The notes under the pieces are model-generated. The model saw only the letters and a program-made list of their open reading frames with translations, searched no databases and was not told the DNA's origin. Shown here piece after piece: positions 22,885 through 35,748 of a DNA stretch of 45,651 nt; position 1 is the stretch's first letter; every line of letters begins with the position of its first letter. Position numbers and translations under genes: made by a program. This stretch comes from Leucoraja erinacea (taxonomy: Eukaryota): assembly GCF_028641065.1 (NCBI RefSeq), contig NW_026576392.1, positions 62,001 to 107,651 of the forward strand, written 5' to 3'.

Positions 22885-24995
22885 AATGTTGCAAATCAAT
22901 TTTGTAGGCTACCCTTCATTTGGCTGTTGTAAGAGTAACTACAGTGGAGAAACGGCGTCGCCTCCTGGCTGTGCAAGAGTCCGGGGATAAAGTCCGCAAC
23001 ATTCACCTAATTCAGCTCATCATTTCAGAATAGTCTTGTTGATAGGGTGACATGAGGTCATGACATCAATCTTGCCCCTCCCCCAAACTCTTGTAAGTAC
23101 ATGACATCATCACATACCCCTTTGTTTTCCAAAACGGGCAGGAGGGGGCAAGGCTGGGAATTACCAATACATTTTCTTTAATAAATAAATCCAAACCGTT
23201 CCATCGGACTGGACGTCATGAAGTGCTTAGTGGTGCGAAACAGAATCGTAGATCATCTGTTACGTGCTGTGCCGGTGTGTTCAACGCTACGATGTTTCAC
23301 CATCGCGAAGCTGCTTTCCAACAATTAACCTGGAAACTCACCTCGAATTTCCGAACATCAATTACTGTGAAACTGAGTCTTTTTCCTAATGTGCTCTGTT
23401 TACTGTCTCATACGGACTCCCTTCCTAAAGTCGTTTGTGTTGGCATTCAAGGTATTCGGTCAGCCCAATATCGTGGCCTGCATCATTGGAAACGTGGTGA
23501 ACTTACCGGTTAAGAGAGCTGCAGCTGTGAAAGAAAATACATTGTCAGCGGGTCAGCATGTTGTAATTACATTGAGAGTGAATATGAACTGAGAAGCGTC
23601 TCACCCGAAACAGGTTTAATCTGATATTGTGACTTCGGTTCGGTCTGAGCAGCAGAAATTCATTGCCTTATCCTTGACTGAGCGGTACCAGATAGTCCCG
23701 TCCCGCTGCGCGGAGCTAATTTGTTTCCAACACCCCGAATTCACTCAATTTACAATTCTGCCAATGACATCACTGCCTTTTGTTGCCCAATCATCTCAAA
23801 CCTCAATTGTTTTCTGTTCCATTGCGTCCTGATAGGAGGGGCAAAGATACAATTCTGATCATCAGAAGTACAATGTACAGTAAACAAAGCTAAATAAAGA
23901 TTCCTCAACGGGAAGGCGCTGGGAATTACCGAATAAATTTAAATCTTTAATGATAATCCAACAGCAAACATCATCGGACTGGACGTCGTTATTGCTTCGG
24001 GGTGCAGAAAGGGACTACGTAGATCCGTGCGTGGTGTGACCACACTGTTCTACAACTCTGAACGATGCTTCTCCGTAGCGGCACATTCTTTCCATAATTA
24101 ACCTGGAAGGTCACCCAAATGATTCCGGATGTCAATTATCATTTGAAAAAAACTGCATAGACTCGGCTTTTTCCTAGAATGTGCTCTGCGTTTACTGTCC
24201 TCATTCGGACTACCCTTTCTAAAGTCGTTGGGTTGCATTCACATGTTCCCGATGTTGGGGAAGTCCAGAACAAGGGGTCACAGCTTAAGGATAAGGGGGA
24301 AATATTTTAAAACCGAGATGAGAAAAACATTTTTCACACAGAGAGTGGTGAATCTCTGGAATTCTCTGCCACAGAAGGTAGTTGAGGCCAGTTCATTGGC
24401 TATGTTTAAGAGGGAGTTACATGTGCCCTTGTGACTAAAGGCCATCATGGGGTAATGCCAGATTGAGAAGGCATTGAGAGTGAACTGAACTGAAATGGTC
24501 TCACCCGGATCACAGGGTTTAATGGCGATATTGTGAAAGGGGTGTGGTCTATCCTGTTCTATTTTCATTGGCTTATTCTTGACAGCGTCACATCCCGTCG
24601 AGCGCAGAGCTATTTGTTCTGATACTCTTTAAATTCACTCAGTTTCTTAATTGACGCCAATCACATCACTGCTTTTGTTGAATAATCATCTCAGGACCTC
24701 CTTTGTTTAAGGGGCAGAACGTCACAGGGGTAACATGAGGGGGAAGGTATTTTATCAGAGAGTGGTGGCTGTGTGGAATTAGCTTCCAGTGGAATGGTTT
24801 GGTGGAGGCAGGTTCGATTTTATCATTTAAAAAATTAATTGGATGGGTATATGGACTCAACATGGAGTGTTTTAACATGAGTGCTGGCAGATGAGGTGAG
24901 AATAAGTGTTCGGCTCTCACTAGAACGACTGTGATGGCCGGTTTCCAAAGTAATTGTTATAACAAAATTCAATAAAAATATTAAATTCATCTAGT
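22885..24995. other. Garbled blend of paralogous units (probable assembly/consensus artefact)
   Basis: Short words from V exon, intron, leader, promoter, Rex1-like and CR1 pieces interleave every 5-20 nt. Confidence 0.75.
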
Positions 24996-25251
24996 CCATG
25001 TGCATAAGATGCATGAAGTGCTTAATGCAACCGAAGACATTTCATAGTTCATCTTTTAGTGCTGTGTAGTGTTCAAAAACCTAATATTTTTTGTTGGAAG
25101 CTATTCTTCAACCCAATTATCATGGGGGTTTTTAATATTTAAAAATCGTGTATTAATGACAGCAAACACACTGGCGTTGGGACGGGTGCAGCAATCAACA
25201 TGGGCGCGCCGATGCTGACAAACGCGCTGCAAACTGACGGGGATCTCTGAT

Positions 25252-25290
25252 AGTTTTTGTACAGGCTCAGCCCAATTCTGCGCCACCGTG
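25252..25290 (-). other. 23-RSS of V13
   Basis: CACGGTG-23nt-ACAAAAACT. Confidence 0.92.
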
Positions 25291-26148
25291 GGGTTCAGAG
25301 CGCAGTAATACATCGCCGAGTCTCGGAGCCGCGTTTGTGACACCGTCAGCGGGACCGTTCCTGTCGAATGGTTGAGCTCAGCAGAAAAACGGTCCCCGGC
25401 ATTGTTCTTCTCGCCGCCTTTGTATGTCGTTCTGAGCAGCAGAAACTCAAGGGATCCGCCGGGATACTGACGGTACCAGATTAGTCCAGCATTGTTCGTG
25501 CTTGTAACTGTATAGTTGCAGTTCAATTTTGTATCCTCCCCTTCACTCACTGTAACCGCTGCCGGTGTCTGAGAAACGGCGTCGCCTCGACAATTCCCTG
25601 CAAGAGACCGGGGATAAATAACACAACATCACCTAATTCAGCTCATACTTCAGAATAACCCTCATCCTGATACTGATATGAGGTACAATGACATCAAACA
25701 TACCCCTCCCCCAAAAGCTAAATAAAGATGGGCGGAAAGGCGCTGGGAATTACCGAATAAATTGATCTTTAAAGATAATCCAACCCGTTTCATCGGACTG
25801 GACGTCGTTATTGGTTCCGGGGAGGAAGGGGGAAATCGTAGATCACTCGTGCGTGAACCACCGGTGTGTTCTAACTCTACGATGCCTCACCATCGCGGCT
25901 GCTTTCCAACAATTAACCTGGAAACTCACCTCGAATTTCCGAACATCAATTACTGTGAAACTGCATCTTTTTTCCTAATGTGCTCTGCGTTTACTGTCGT
26001 CATACGGACTCCCTTTCTAAAGTCGTTGTGTTGCATTCAAGGTATTTGGTTGATTAAATATCGTGCCCTACATTATTGGAAACGTGGTGAACTTACCGGT
26101 TAAGAGAGCTGCAGCTGTAAGAAGCCAATACATTGTCAAGGCCAGCAT
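25291..26148 (-). CDS. TRAV: V13: TCR alpha/delta V segment, intact (leader 26097-26148, V exon 25291-25597)
   Basis: CDR1 TVTSTNNAG, CDR2 TTYKGGEK. Confidence 0.88.
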
Positions 26149-26354
26149 GTTGTAATTGCATTGAGAGTGAATATGAACTGAAATGGTCTCACCCGGAAAC
26201 AGGTTTAATCTGATATTGTGAAAGGGGTGTGGTCTAGGCTCTTCAGTCATTGGCTTATTCTTGACAACGTCACATCCCGTCGGCGCAGAGCTAATTTGTT
26301 CTTCTACTCCCCGAATTCACCCAGTTTCTTAATTCCGCCAATCACATCACTGCT

Positions 26355-27000
26355 TTTTGTAAGTAATTTTATTGCCCAAGTATTCATCTCATACCTCCTT
26401 GGTTTTCCGCCCACAAGTAACAACATAACAGGGGTGACAGGGGCAAGGACGCAGAAAACACTAAATATATGATAATAGATTAGATTCAGATAAAAACTTT
26501 ATTGTCATTGCACATGTTACAGATACAAAGGGATGGCTAACCGATTTGGCTGTAACATAGAGTAATACTCGTAACAAAAACATGTCTGTCAACACAGTTT
26601 TGACACATCGCACCTGAGTGAGTGATTCAAACAGTTTGTCACCTCCTCACTGTCAGATGGATCTTGCCCGCTCCCTTCCTCCTTGTGCCCAATCATCTCA
26701 AAATTCAATGTTTTCTGCTCCATGACGTCCAGGATGTGCATAAGGTCTGAAGTGCTTAATGCAATAAACAAGACATTCCATAGTTCATCCTTTGGTGCTG
26801 TGTACACGAAAACCTAATAGTTTGTTTAAGCTATTCCTCAGGACAGTTCATTGCTCATCTGTTTACTGTTGTAATGTTCAGGGACCTAATGTTTGTATGA
26901 AAGCTGCAAACACATACAGGCGGTGGGACGGATGCTGCATTCAGCGAGGAAGGGTCGACGCTGACACAGTGACAAACGCGCTGAAACTGACGGGGGTGCT
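26355..27000. other. Garbled blend of type-A and type-B intergenic spacers (probable consensus artefact)
   Basis: Interleaves aagtaa/ccacaagtaacaacataac (type B) with tagattagattc/aaactttattgtc (type A). Confidence 0.72.
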
Positions 27001-27005
27001 CTGAT

Positions 27006-27045
27006 AGTTTTTGTACAGGCTCAGCCCAATTCTGCGCCTTCCGTG
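27006..27045 (-). other. RSS of V14 (24-nt spacer as assembled)
   Basis: CACGGAA-24nt-ACAAAAACT; extra base likely a consensus error. Confidence 0.7.
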
Positions 27046-27909
27046 GGGCTCAGAGCGCAGTAATACATCGCCGAGTCTCGGAGCCGCGTTTTGTGACACC
27101 GTCAGCGGGAAAGTTCCTGTCGAATGATTCGAGCTCCGCAGAAAAAACGGTCCCCGGCATTGTTCTTCTCGCCGCCTTTGTATTTCGTTCTGAGCAGCAG
27201 AAATTCAAGGGATCCGCCGGGATACTGACGGTACCAGATTAGACCAGCATTGTTCGAGTTTGTAGCTGTATAGTTGCAGCTCAATTTTTTGTATCCTCCC
27301 CTTCACTCACTGTAACCGCTGCCGGTGTCTGAGAAACGGCGTCGCCTCGACAATTCCCTGCAAGATTGCGGGCAAAAATAATGCAACATCACCTAATTCA
27401 GCTCATACTTCAGAATACCCCTCATCCTGATACTGATATGAGGTACAATGACATCAAACATATCTCTCCTCTAAAAGCTAAATAAAGATGGGCGGAAAGG
27501 CGCTGGTGAATTACCGAATAAATTGATCTTTAAAGATAATCCAACCCGTTTCATCGGACTGGACGTCGTTATTACTTCCGGGGAGGAAGGAGGAAATCGT
27601 AGATCACTCGTGCGTGAACCACCGGTGTGTTCTAACTCTACGATGCTTCACCATCGCGGCTGCTTTGCAACAATTAACCTGGAAACTCACCTCAAATTTC
27701 CGAACATCAATTACTGTGAAACTGCATCTTTTTTCCTAATGTGCTCTGCGTTTACTGGCCTCATACGGACTCCCTTTCTAAAGTCGTTGTGTTGCATTCA
27801 AGGTATTTGGTTGATTAAATATCGTGCCCTACATTATTGGAAACGTGGTGAACTTACCGGTTAAGAGAGCTGCAGCTGTAAGAAGCCAATACATTGTCAA
27901 GGCCAGCAT
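27046..27909 (-). pseudogene. TRAV: V14: frameshifted V segment as assembled (leader 27858-27909, V exon 27046-27357); may be intact in reality
   Basis: Exon 312 nt versus 307 nt; extra bases mostly in homopolymers (gcgttttgtg, gaaaaaacgg, caattttttg); RSS spacer 24 nt. Confidence 0.65.
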
Positions 27910-28192
27910 GTTGTAATTGCATTGAGAGTGAATATGAACTGAAATGGTCTCACCCGGAAACAGGTTTAAACTGATATTGTAAAAGAGCTGTGGTCTAGGT
28001 TCTTCATTCATTGGCTTAATCGTGACAGCGTCACATCCTGTCTGCGCGGAGCTAATTTGTTCACCAACTCCCCGAAGTTTCTTAATTCCGCCAATCACAT
28101 CACTGCTTTTGGTGCCCAATCATCTCAAACCTCCTTTGCGTACTGTTCCATGACGTCACAGGAGGGGAAAGGCCGGAAGTACAATATATTAT

Positions 28193-28381
28193 TAGATTAG
28201 ATTAGATTAGATTCAACTTTAATGTCATTGCACATTTACAGTACAACGAAATGGTTTAACCGAGCTGTCAAAACATAGAATGAAATAACAACACACGCTC
28301 AACACAGTTTTAACATCCACCACAGTGAGTCCACCAGGCACCTCCTCACTGTGATGGAAGGCAAAAGTCCCAAAGTCCTTG
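28193..28381 (-). mobile_element. Type-A retroelement tail
   Basis: Paralogue of 1596-1786. Confidence 0.6.
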
Positions 28382-28682
28382 TAATAATTAAAATTCAATA
28401 AATGAACAACCAAGTCGATGTGCGGAAGATGCATGAAGTTCTTAATGCAACCGAAGACATTTCATAGTTCATCTTTTAGTGCTGTGTAGTGGTCAAAAAA
28501 CTAATATTCTTTTGTTAGAAGCTATTATTCAACCCAATTATCATGGGTTTTTTAAATATTTAAAAATCGTGTATTAATTACAGCAAACACACTGGCGTCG
28601 GGACGGGTGCAACAATCTACGAGGACGAGCCGATGCTGACAAAGTTGTGCTTACGGGGTGATACGTCAGTGGGTGCACAGGT

Positions 28683-28721
28683 AGTTTTTGTACAGGCTCA
28701 GCCCAATTCTGCGTCTCCGTG
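28683..28721 (-). other. 23-RSS of V15
   Basis: CACGGAG-23nt-ACAAAAACT. Confidence 0.9.
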
Positions 28722-29579
28722 GGGCTCAGAGCGCAGTAATACATCGCCGAGTCTCGGAGCCGCGTTTGTGACACCGTCAGCGGGATCGTTCCTGTCGAAT
28801 GGTCGAGCTCCGCAGAAAAACGGTCCCCGGCATTGTTCTTCTCGCCGCCTTGGTATTTCGTTCTGAGCAGCAGAAACTCAAGGGATCCGCCGGGATACTG
28901 ACGGTACCAGATAAGACCAGGATTGTCCGAGCTTGCAGCTGTGTAGCTGCAGTTCAACTGTGCGTCATCCCCTTCACTCACTGTAACCGCTGCCGGTGTC
29001 TGAGAAACGGCGTCGCCTCGACAATTCCCTGCAAGAGACCGGAGATAAATAACACAACATCACCTAATTCAGCTCATACTTCAGAATGCCCCACATCCTG
29101 ATACTGATATGAGGTACAATGACATCAAACATACCCCTCCTCTAAAAGCTAAATAAAGATGGGCGGAAAGTCGCTGGGAATTACCGAATAAATTTATCTT
29201 TAAAGATAATCCAACCCGTTACATCCGACTGGACGTCATTATTGCTTCCGGGGAGGAAGGGGGAAATCGTAGATCACTCGTACGTGAACCACCGGTGTGT
29301 TCTAACTCTACGGTGTTTCACCATCGCGGCTGCTTTCCAACAATTAACCTGGAAAGGCACCGCGAATTTCCGAACATCAATTACTGTGAAACTGCATCTT
29401 TTTCCCCAATGTGCTCTGCGTTTACTGGCCTCATACGGACTCCCTTTCTAAAGTCGTTGAGTTGCATTCAAGTTATTTGGTTGATTAAATATCATGCCCT
29501 CCAGTATTGGAATCGTGGAGAACTTACCGGTTAAGATTGCTGCAGCTGTAAGAAGCCAATACATTGTCAAGGCCAGCAT
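28722..29579 (-). CDS. TRAV: V15: TCR alpha/delta V segment, intact (leader 29528-29579, V exon 28722-29028)
   Basis: CDR1 TAASSDNPG, CDR2 TKYQGGEK. Confidence 0.88.
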
Positions 29580-29871
29580 GTTGTAATTGCATTGAGAGTG
29601 AATATGAACTGAAATGGTCTCAGCCGGAAACAGGTTTAATCTGATATTGTGAAAGGGGTGTGGTCGATGTTCTTCATTCATTGGCTTATTCTTGACTACG
29701 TCACATCTCGTCGGCGCGGAGCTAATTTGTTCTCCAACTCCCCGAATTCACTCAGTTTCTTAATTCCGCCAATCACACCACTGCTTTTGTTGCCCAATCA
29801 TCTCACACTTCCTTTGTTTTCTGGTCCAATTATGTCACAGCAGGTGAAAGGCCGGAAGTATAATATATAAT

Positions 29872-30057
29872 TAGATTAGATTAGATTCAATTTTATTGCA
29901 ATTGCCTATTTACAGTACAACGATATGGTTTATCCGAGCTGTCATATCATAGAATAAAATAACAAAACACACACTCAACACAGTTTTAACATCCACCACA
30001 GTGAGTGCAACAGGCACCTCCTCACTGTGAAGGAAGGCAAAAATCCCAAAGTCCTTG
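29872..30057 (-). mobile_element. Type-A retroelement tail
   Basis: Paralogue of 1596-1786. Confidence 0.6.
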
Positions 30058-30347
30058 TAATAAACAAAATTCAATAATTTAACAACCAGGTACATGTGCA
30101 TAAGATGCATGAAGTGCTTAATGCAACCGAAGACATTTGATGGTTCATCTTTTAGTGCTGTGTAGTGTTCAAGAACCTAATATTTGTCTGTTAGAAGCTA
30201 TTCATCAACCCAATTATCATGGGTTTTTTAACATTCAAAACTCATGTATTATTGACAGCAAATACGCTGGCTTTGGGACGGGTGCAGCATTCAACGAGGG
30301 CGCGCCGATGCTGACAAACGCGCTGCAAACTGACGGGAATCTCTGAT

Positions 30348-30386
30348 AGTTTTTGTACAGACTCAGCCCAATTCTGCGCCACCGTG
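30348..30386 (-). other. 23-RSS of V16
   Basis: CACGGTG-23nt-ACAAAAACT. Confidence 0.92.
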
Positions 30387-31271
30387 GGGTTCAGAGCGCA
30401 GTAATACATCGCCGAGTCTCGGAGCCGCGTTGGTGACACCGTCAGCGGGACCGTTCCTTTCGAATGGTTGAGCTCAGCAGAAAAACGGTCCCCGGCATTG
30501 TTCTTCTCGCCGCCTTTGTATGTCGTTCTGAGCAGCAGAAACTCAAGGGATCCGCCGGGATACTGACGGTACCAGATTAGTCCAGCAGAGGTCGCGCTTG
30601 TAGCTGTATAGTTGCAGCTCAATTTTGTATCATCCCCTTCACTCACTGTAACCGCTGCCGGTGTCTGAGAAACGGCGTCGCCTCTACAATTCCCTGCAAG
30701 AGTCCGGGGATAAATAACACAACATCACCTAATTCAGCTCATACTTCAGAATATCCCTCATCTTGATACTGACATGAGGTACAATGACATCAAACATACC
30801 CCTCCCCCAAAAGCTAAGTACAATGACATCAAACATACCCCTCCCCCCAAAAGGGCGGGAAGGCGCTGGGAATTACCAAATACATTTATCTTTAATGATA
30901 ATCCAAACCGTTCCATCGGACTGGACGTCGTTTTTGCTTCCGGGGAGGGAAAAGAGAATCGTAGATCACTCGTGCGTGAACCACCGGTGTGTTCTAACTC
31001 TACGATGCTTCACCATCGCGGCTGCTTTCCAACTATTAACCTGGAAACTCACCTCGAATTTCCGAACATCAATTACTATGAAACTGAGTCTTTTTTCCCA
31101 ATGAGCTCTCCGTTTACTGTCCTCATACGGACTCCCTTCCTAAAGTCGTTGTGTTGCATTCAAGGTATTCGGTTAATTAAATATCATGGCCTACATTATT
31201 GGAAACGTGGTGAATTTACCGGTTAAGAGAGCTGCAGCTGTAATAAGCCAATACATTGTCAAGGTCAGCAT
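30387..31271 (-). CDS. TRAV: V16: TCR alpha/delta V segment, intact (leader 31220-31271, V exon 30387-30693)
   Basis: CDR1 TATSATSAG, CDR2 TTYKGGEK; donor GTAAAT; intron has a tandem duplication. Confidence 0.85.
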
Positions 31272-31662
31272 GTTGTAATTGCATTGAGAGTGAATATGAA
31301 ATGAAATGGTCTCACCCGGAAACAGGTTTAATCTGATATTGTGAAAGGGGTGTGGTCGATGTTCTTCATTCATTGGCTTATTCTTGACAGCGTCACATCC
31401 CGTCGGCGCGGAGCTACTTTGTTCTCCAACACCCGGAATTCACTCAGTTTACAATTCCGCCAATGACATCACAGCTTTTGTTGCCCAATCATCTCAAACC
31501 TCATTTGTTTTCTGTTCCATTACGTCACAGGAGGGGCAAGGCCTGAAGTACAATGTACAATAAACAAAATTCAATAAATTATTCCTCAACCCAATTGTCA
31601 TGGGTTTTTTTTAAATTAAAAAATCGAGTCTTAATGACAGCAAACACACTGGCGTTGGGACG

Positions 31663-32697
31663 GGATTTGAGTATAGGAGCAGAGAGGTACTACTGCAGTT
31701 GTCCATGGTCTTGGTGTGACCACACTTCAGTACAGTTTTGATCTGCTAATCTGAGGAAAGACATTCTTGCCATAGAGGGAGTACAGAGAAGGTTCACCAG
31801 ACTGATTCATGGGATGTCACGATTATCATATGAAAAAAGACTGGATAGACTCGGCTTGTACTCGCTATAATTTAGAAGATTGAGGGGGGATCTTATAGAA
31901 ACTTACAACATCCTAAGGGTTGGACAAACTAGATGCAGGAAGATTGTTTCCGATGTTGGGGAAGTCCAGAACAAGGGGTCACAGTTCAAGGATAAGAAGG
32001 AAATATTTTAGGGCCGGGATGAGAAACACATTTTCACACAGAGAGTGGTGAATCTCTGGAATTCTCTGCCACAGAAGATAGTTGAGGCCAGTTCATTGGC
32101 TATGTTTAAGAGGGAGTTACATGTGGCCCTTGTGGCTAAAGACATCAAGGGGTATGGAGAGAAGGCAGGTACAGAATACTGAGTTGGATGATCAGCCATG
32201 ATCATATTGAATGGCGGTGCAGGCTCGAAGGGCCGAATGGCATCATCCTGCACCTATTTTTCTATGTTTCCATGTTCCTAAGTTAGGTCTATAGTTCTTT
32301 GGAGCGCAGAAGGTTAAAGGGGTACTTCATATTGGTCTTTAAATGATGAGAGGGATAAACAGAGTTGACGTGGATAAGCTTTTTCCATTGAGAATAGGGA
32401 ATATTCAAACACGAGGACATGATTTGAGAATTAAGGGGCAGACGTTTAAGGGTAACATGAGGGGGAACTTCTTTACTCAGAGAGTGGTGGCTGTGTGGAA
32501 TGAGCTTCCAGTGGAAGTGGTGGAGGCAGGTTCGATTTTATCATTTAAAAATTAATTGGATGGGTATATGGACGGGAAAGGAATGGAGTGTTATGGTCTG
32601 AGTGCTGGCAGATGAGACGAGGTGAGAATAAGTGTTCGGCTCGGACTAGAACGACTGTGATGGCCGGTTTCCATGCTGTAATTGTTATATGGTTATC
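31663..32697 (+). mobile_element. Type-C tandem CR1 fragments
   Basis: Paralogue of 12701-13745 with identical junctions. Confidence 0.9.
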
Positions 32698-32964
32698 AGG
32701 GTATAAATTAACAATCTAGCCCATGTGCATAAGAGTATGAACCGCTTAATGCAACCAGAGACAGTGCATAGTCCATCTGTTGGTGCTGTGGTGTGTTCAA
32801 GAACCTAATGTATGTTTGTTAGAAGCTATTCTTGAAACCATTGTCATGTTTTTTTTATATTTAAAAATCTTCTATTAATGACAGCAAACACATTGGCGTT
32901 GGGGCAATCAACGAGGACGCGCCGTTGCTGACAAACGCGCTGAAAACTGACGGGGATCTCTGAT

Positions 32965-33003
32965 AGTTTTTGTACAGGCTCAGCCCAATTCTGCGCCACC
33001 GTG
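32965..33003 (-). other. 23-RSS of V17
   Basis: CACGGTG-23nt-ACAAAAACT. Confidence 0.92.
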
Positions 33004-33862
33004 GGGTTCAGAGCGCAGTAATACATCGCCGAGTCTCGGAGCCGCGTTTGTGACACCGTCAGCGGGACCGTTCCTGTCGAATGGTTGAGCTCAGCAGAAA
33101 AACGGTCCCCGGCATTGTTCTTCTCGCCGCCTTTGTATGTCGTTCTGAGCAGCAGAAACTCAAGGGATCCGCCGGGATACTGACGGTACCAGATTAGTCC
33201 AGCAGAGGTCGCGCTTGGAGCTGTATAGTTGCAGCTCAATTTTGTATCATCCCCTTCACTCACTGTAACCGCTGCCGGTGACTGAGAAACGGCGTCGCCT
33301 CGACAATTCCCTGCAAGAGACCGGTGATAAATAACACAACTTCACCTAATTCAGCTCATACTTCAGAATAACCCTCATGCTGATACTGACATGAGGTACA
33401 ATGACATCAAACATACCCCTCCCCCAAAAGCTAAATAAAGATGGGCGGAAAGGCGCTGGGAATTACCGAATAAATTTATCTTTAAAGATAATCCAACCCG
33501 TTCCATCGGACTGGACGTCATTATTGCTTCCGGGGAGGAAGGGGGAAAACGTAGATCACTCGTACGGGGACCACCGGTGTGCTCTAACTCTACGATGCTT
33601 CTCCGTCGGAGCTGCTTTCCAACAATTGACCTGGAAACTCACCTCAAATTTCCGAACATCAATTACTGAGAAACTGCATCTTTTTTTCCTAATCTGCTCT
33701 GCGTTTACTGTCCTCATACGGACTCCCTTTCTAAAGTAATTGTGTTGCATTCAAGGCACTTGGTTGATTAAATATCGTGCCCTACATTATTGGAAACGTG
33801 GTGAACTTACCGGTTAAGAGAGCTGCAGCTGTAAGAAGCCAATACATTGTCAAGGCCAGCAT
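33004..33862 (-). CDS. TRAV: V17: TCR alpha/delta V segment, intact (leader 33811-33862, V exon 33004-33310)
   Basis: CDR1 TAPSATSAG, CDR2 TTYKGGEK. Confidence 0.88.
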
Positions 33863-34162
33863 GTTGTAATTGTATTGAGAGTGAATGTGAACTGAAATGG
33901 TCTCACCCGGAAACAGGTTTAATCTGATATTGTGAAAGAGCTGTGGTCTAGGCTCTTCATTCATTGGCTTATTCTTGACAGCGTCACGTCCCGTCGGCGC
34001 GGAGCTAATTTGTTCTCCAACTCCCCGAATTCACTCAGCTTCTTAATTCCGCCAATCACATCACTGCTTTTGTCGCCCAATCATCTCATACCTCCTTTGT
34101 TTTCTGGTCCTATTACGTCACAGGGGGGGGGGGGGGGCAAGGCCGGAAGCACAATATATAAT

Positions 34163-34348
34163 TAGATTAGATTAGATTCAACTTTATTGTCATTGCATAT
34201 TTACAGTACAAAGAAATGGTTTAACCGAGCTGTCATAACATAGAATAAAATAACAAAACACACACTCAACACAGTTTTAACATCCACCACAGTGAGTCCA
34301 ACAGGCACCTCCTCACTGGGATGGAAGGCAAAAATCCCAAAATCCTTG
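34163..34348 (-). mobile_element. Type-A retroelement tail
   Basis: Paralogue of 1596-1786. Confidence 0.6.
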
Positions 34349-34639
34349 TAATGAACAAAATTCAATAAGTTAACAACCAAGTCCATGTGCATAAGATGCA
34401 TGAAGTGCTTAATGCAACCGAAGACATTCCATAGTTCATCCTTTGGTGCTGTGTAGGGTTCAAGAACCTAATATTTGTTTGTTATAAGCTATTCCTCAAC
34501 CCTATTGTCATGGGTTTGTTTAATATATAAAAATCGTGTATTAATGACAGCAAACACACTGGCGTTGGGACGGGTTCAGCAATCAACAAGGGCGCGCCGA
34601 TGCTGACAAACGCGCTGCAAACTGACGGGGATCTCTGAT

Positions 34640-34678
34640 AGTTTTTGTACAGGCTCAGCCCAATTCTGAGCCACCGTG
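34640..34678 (-). other. 23-RSS of V18
   Basis: CACGGTG-23nt-ACAAAAACT. Confidence 0.92.
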
Positions 34679-35537
34679 GGGTTCAGAGCGCAGTAATACG
34701 TCGCCGAGTCTCGGAGCCGCGTTTGTGACACCGTCAGCGGGACCGTTCCTTTCGAATGATTGAGCTCAGCAGAAAAACGGTCCCCGGCATTGTTCTTCTC
34801 GCCGCCTTTGTATGTCGTTCTGAGCAGCAGAAACTCAAGGGATCCGCCGGGATACTGACGGTACCAGATTAGTCCAGCAGAGGTCGCGCCTGGAGCTGTA
34901 TAGGTGCAGCTCAATTTTGTATCATCCCCTTCACTCACTGTAACCGCTGCCGGTGACTGAGAAACGGCGTTGCCTCGACAATTCCCTGCAAGAGACCGGT
35001 GATAAATAACACAACTTCACCTAATTCAGCTCATACTTCAGAATAACCCTCATGCTGATACTGACATGAGGTACAATGACATCAAACATACCCCTCCCCC
35101 AAAAGCTAAATAAAGATGGGCGGAAAGGCGCTGGGAATTACCGAATGAATTTATCTTTAAAGATAATCCAACCGGTTCCATCGGATTGGATGTCGTTACT
35201 CCTTCCGGGGTGGGAAAAATGGAATCGTAGATCACTAGTGCGTGAACCACCGGTGTGTTCTAACTCTACGATGCTTCTCCATTGGCGCTACTTTCCCACA
35301 ATTAACCCGGAAACTCACCTTAAATTTCCGAACATCAATTACTGTGAAACTGCATCTTTTTTCCTAATGTGCTCTACGTTTACTGTCCACATACGGACGC
35401 CCTTTCTAAAGTCGTTGTGTTGCATTCAAGGTATTTGGTTGATTAAATATCGTGCCCTACATTATTGGAAACGTCGTGAACTTACCGGTTAAGAGAGCTG
35501 CAGCTGTAAGAAGCCACTACATTGTCAAGGCCAGCAT
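34679..35537 (-). pseudogene. TRAV: V18: V segment with nonsense codon in leader (leader 35486-35537, V exon 34679-34985)
   Basis: Leader codon 7 TAT->TAG (plus cta 35517-35519); V exon itself open, RSS intact. Confidence 0.82.
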
Positions 35538-35748
35538 GTTGTAATTGCATTGAGAGTGAATATGAACTGAAATGGTCTCACCCGGAAACAGGTTTAATCT
35601 GATATTGTGAAAGTGGTGTGGTCGATGTTCTTCATTCATTGGCTTATTCTTGACAACGTCACATCCCGTCGGCGCAGAGCTAATTTGTTCTCCAACTCCC
35701 CGAATTCACTGAGTTTGTTAATTCCGCCAATCACATCACTGCTTTTGT

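Noticed and set aside
34123-34137. G15 run as a functional G-quadruplex element
   Set aside because: Single-copy expansion of ggagggg; slippage or homopolymer error is more likely.
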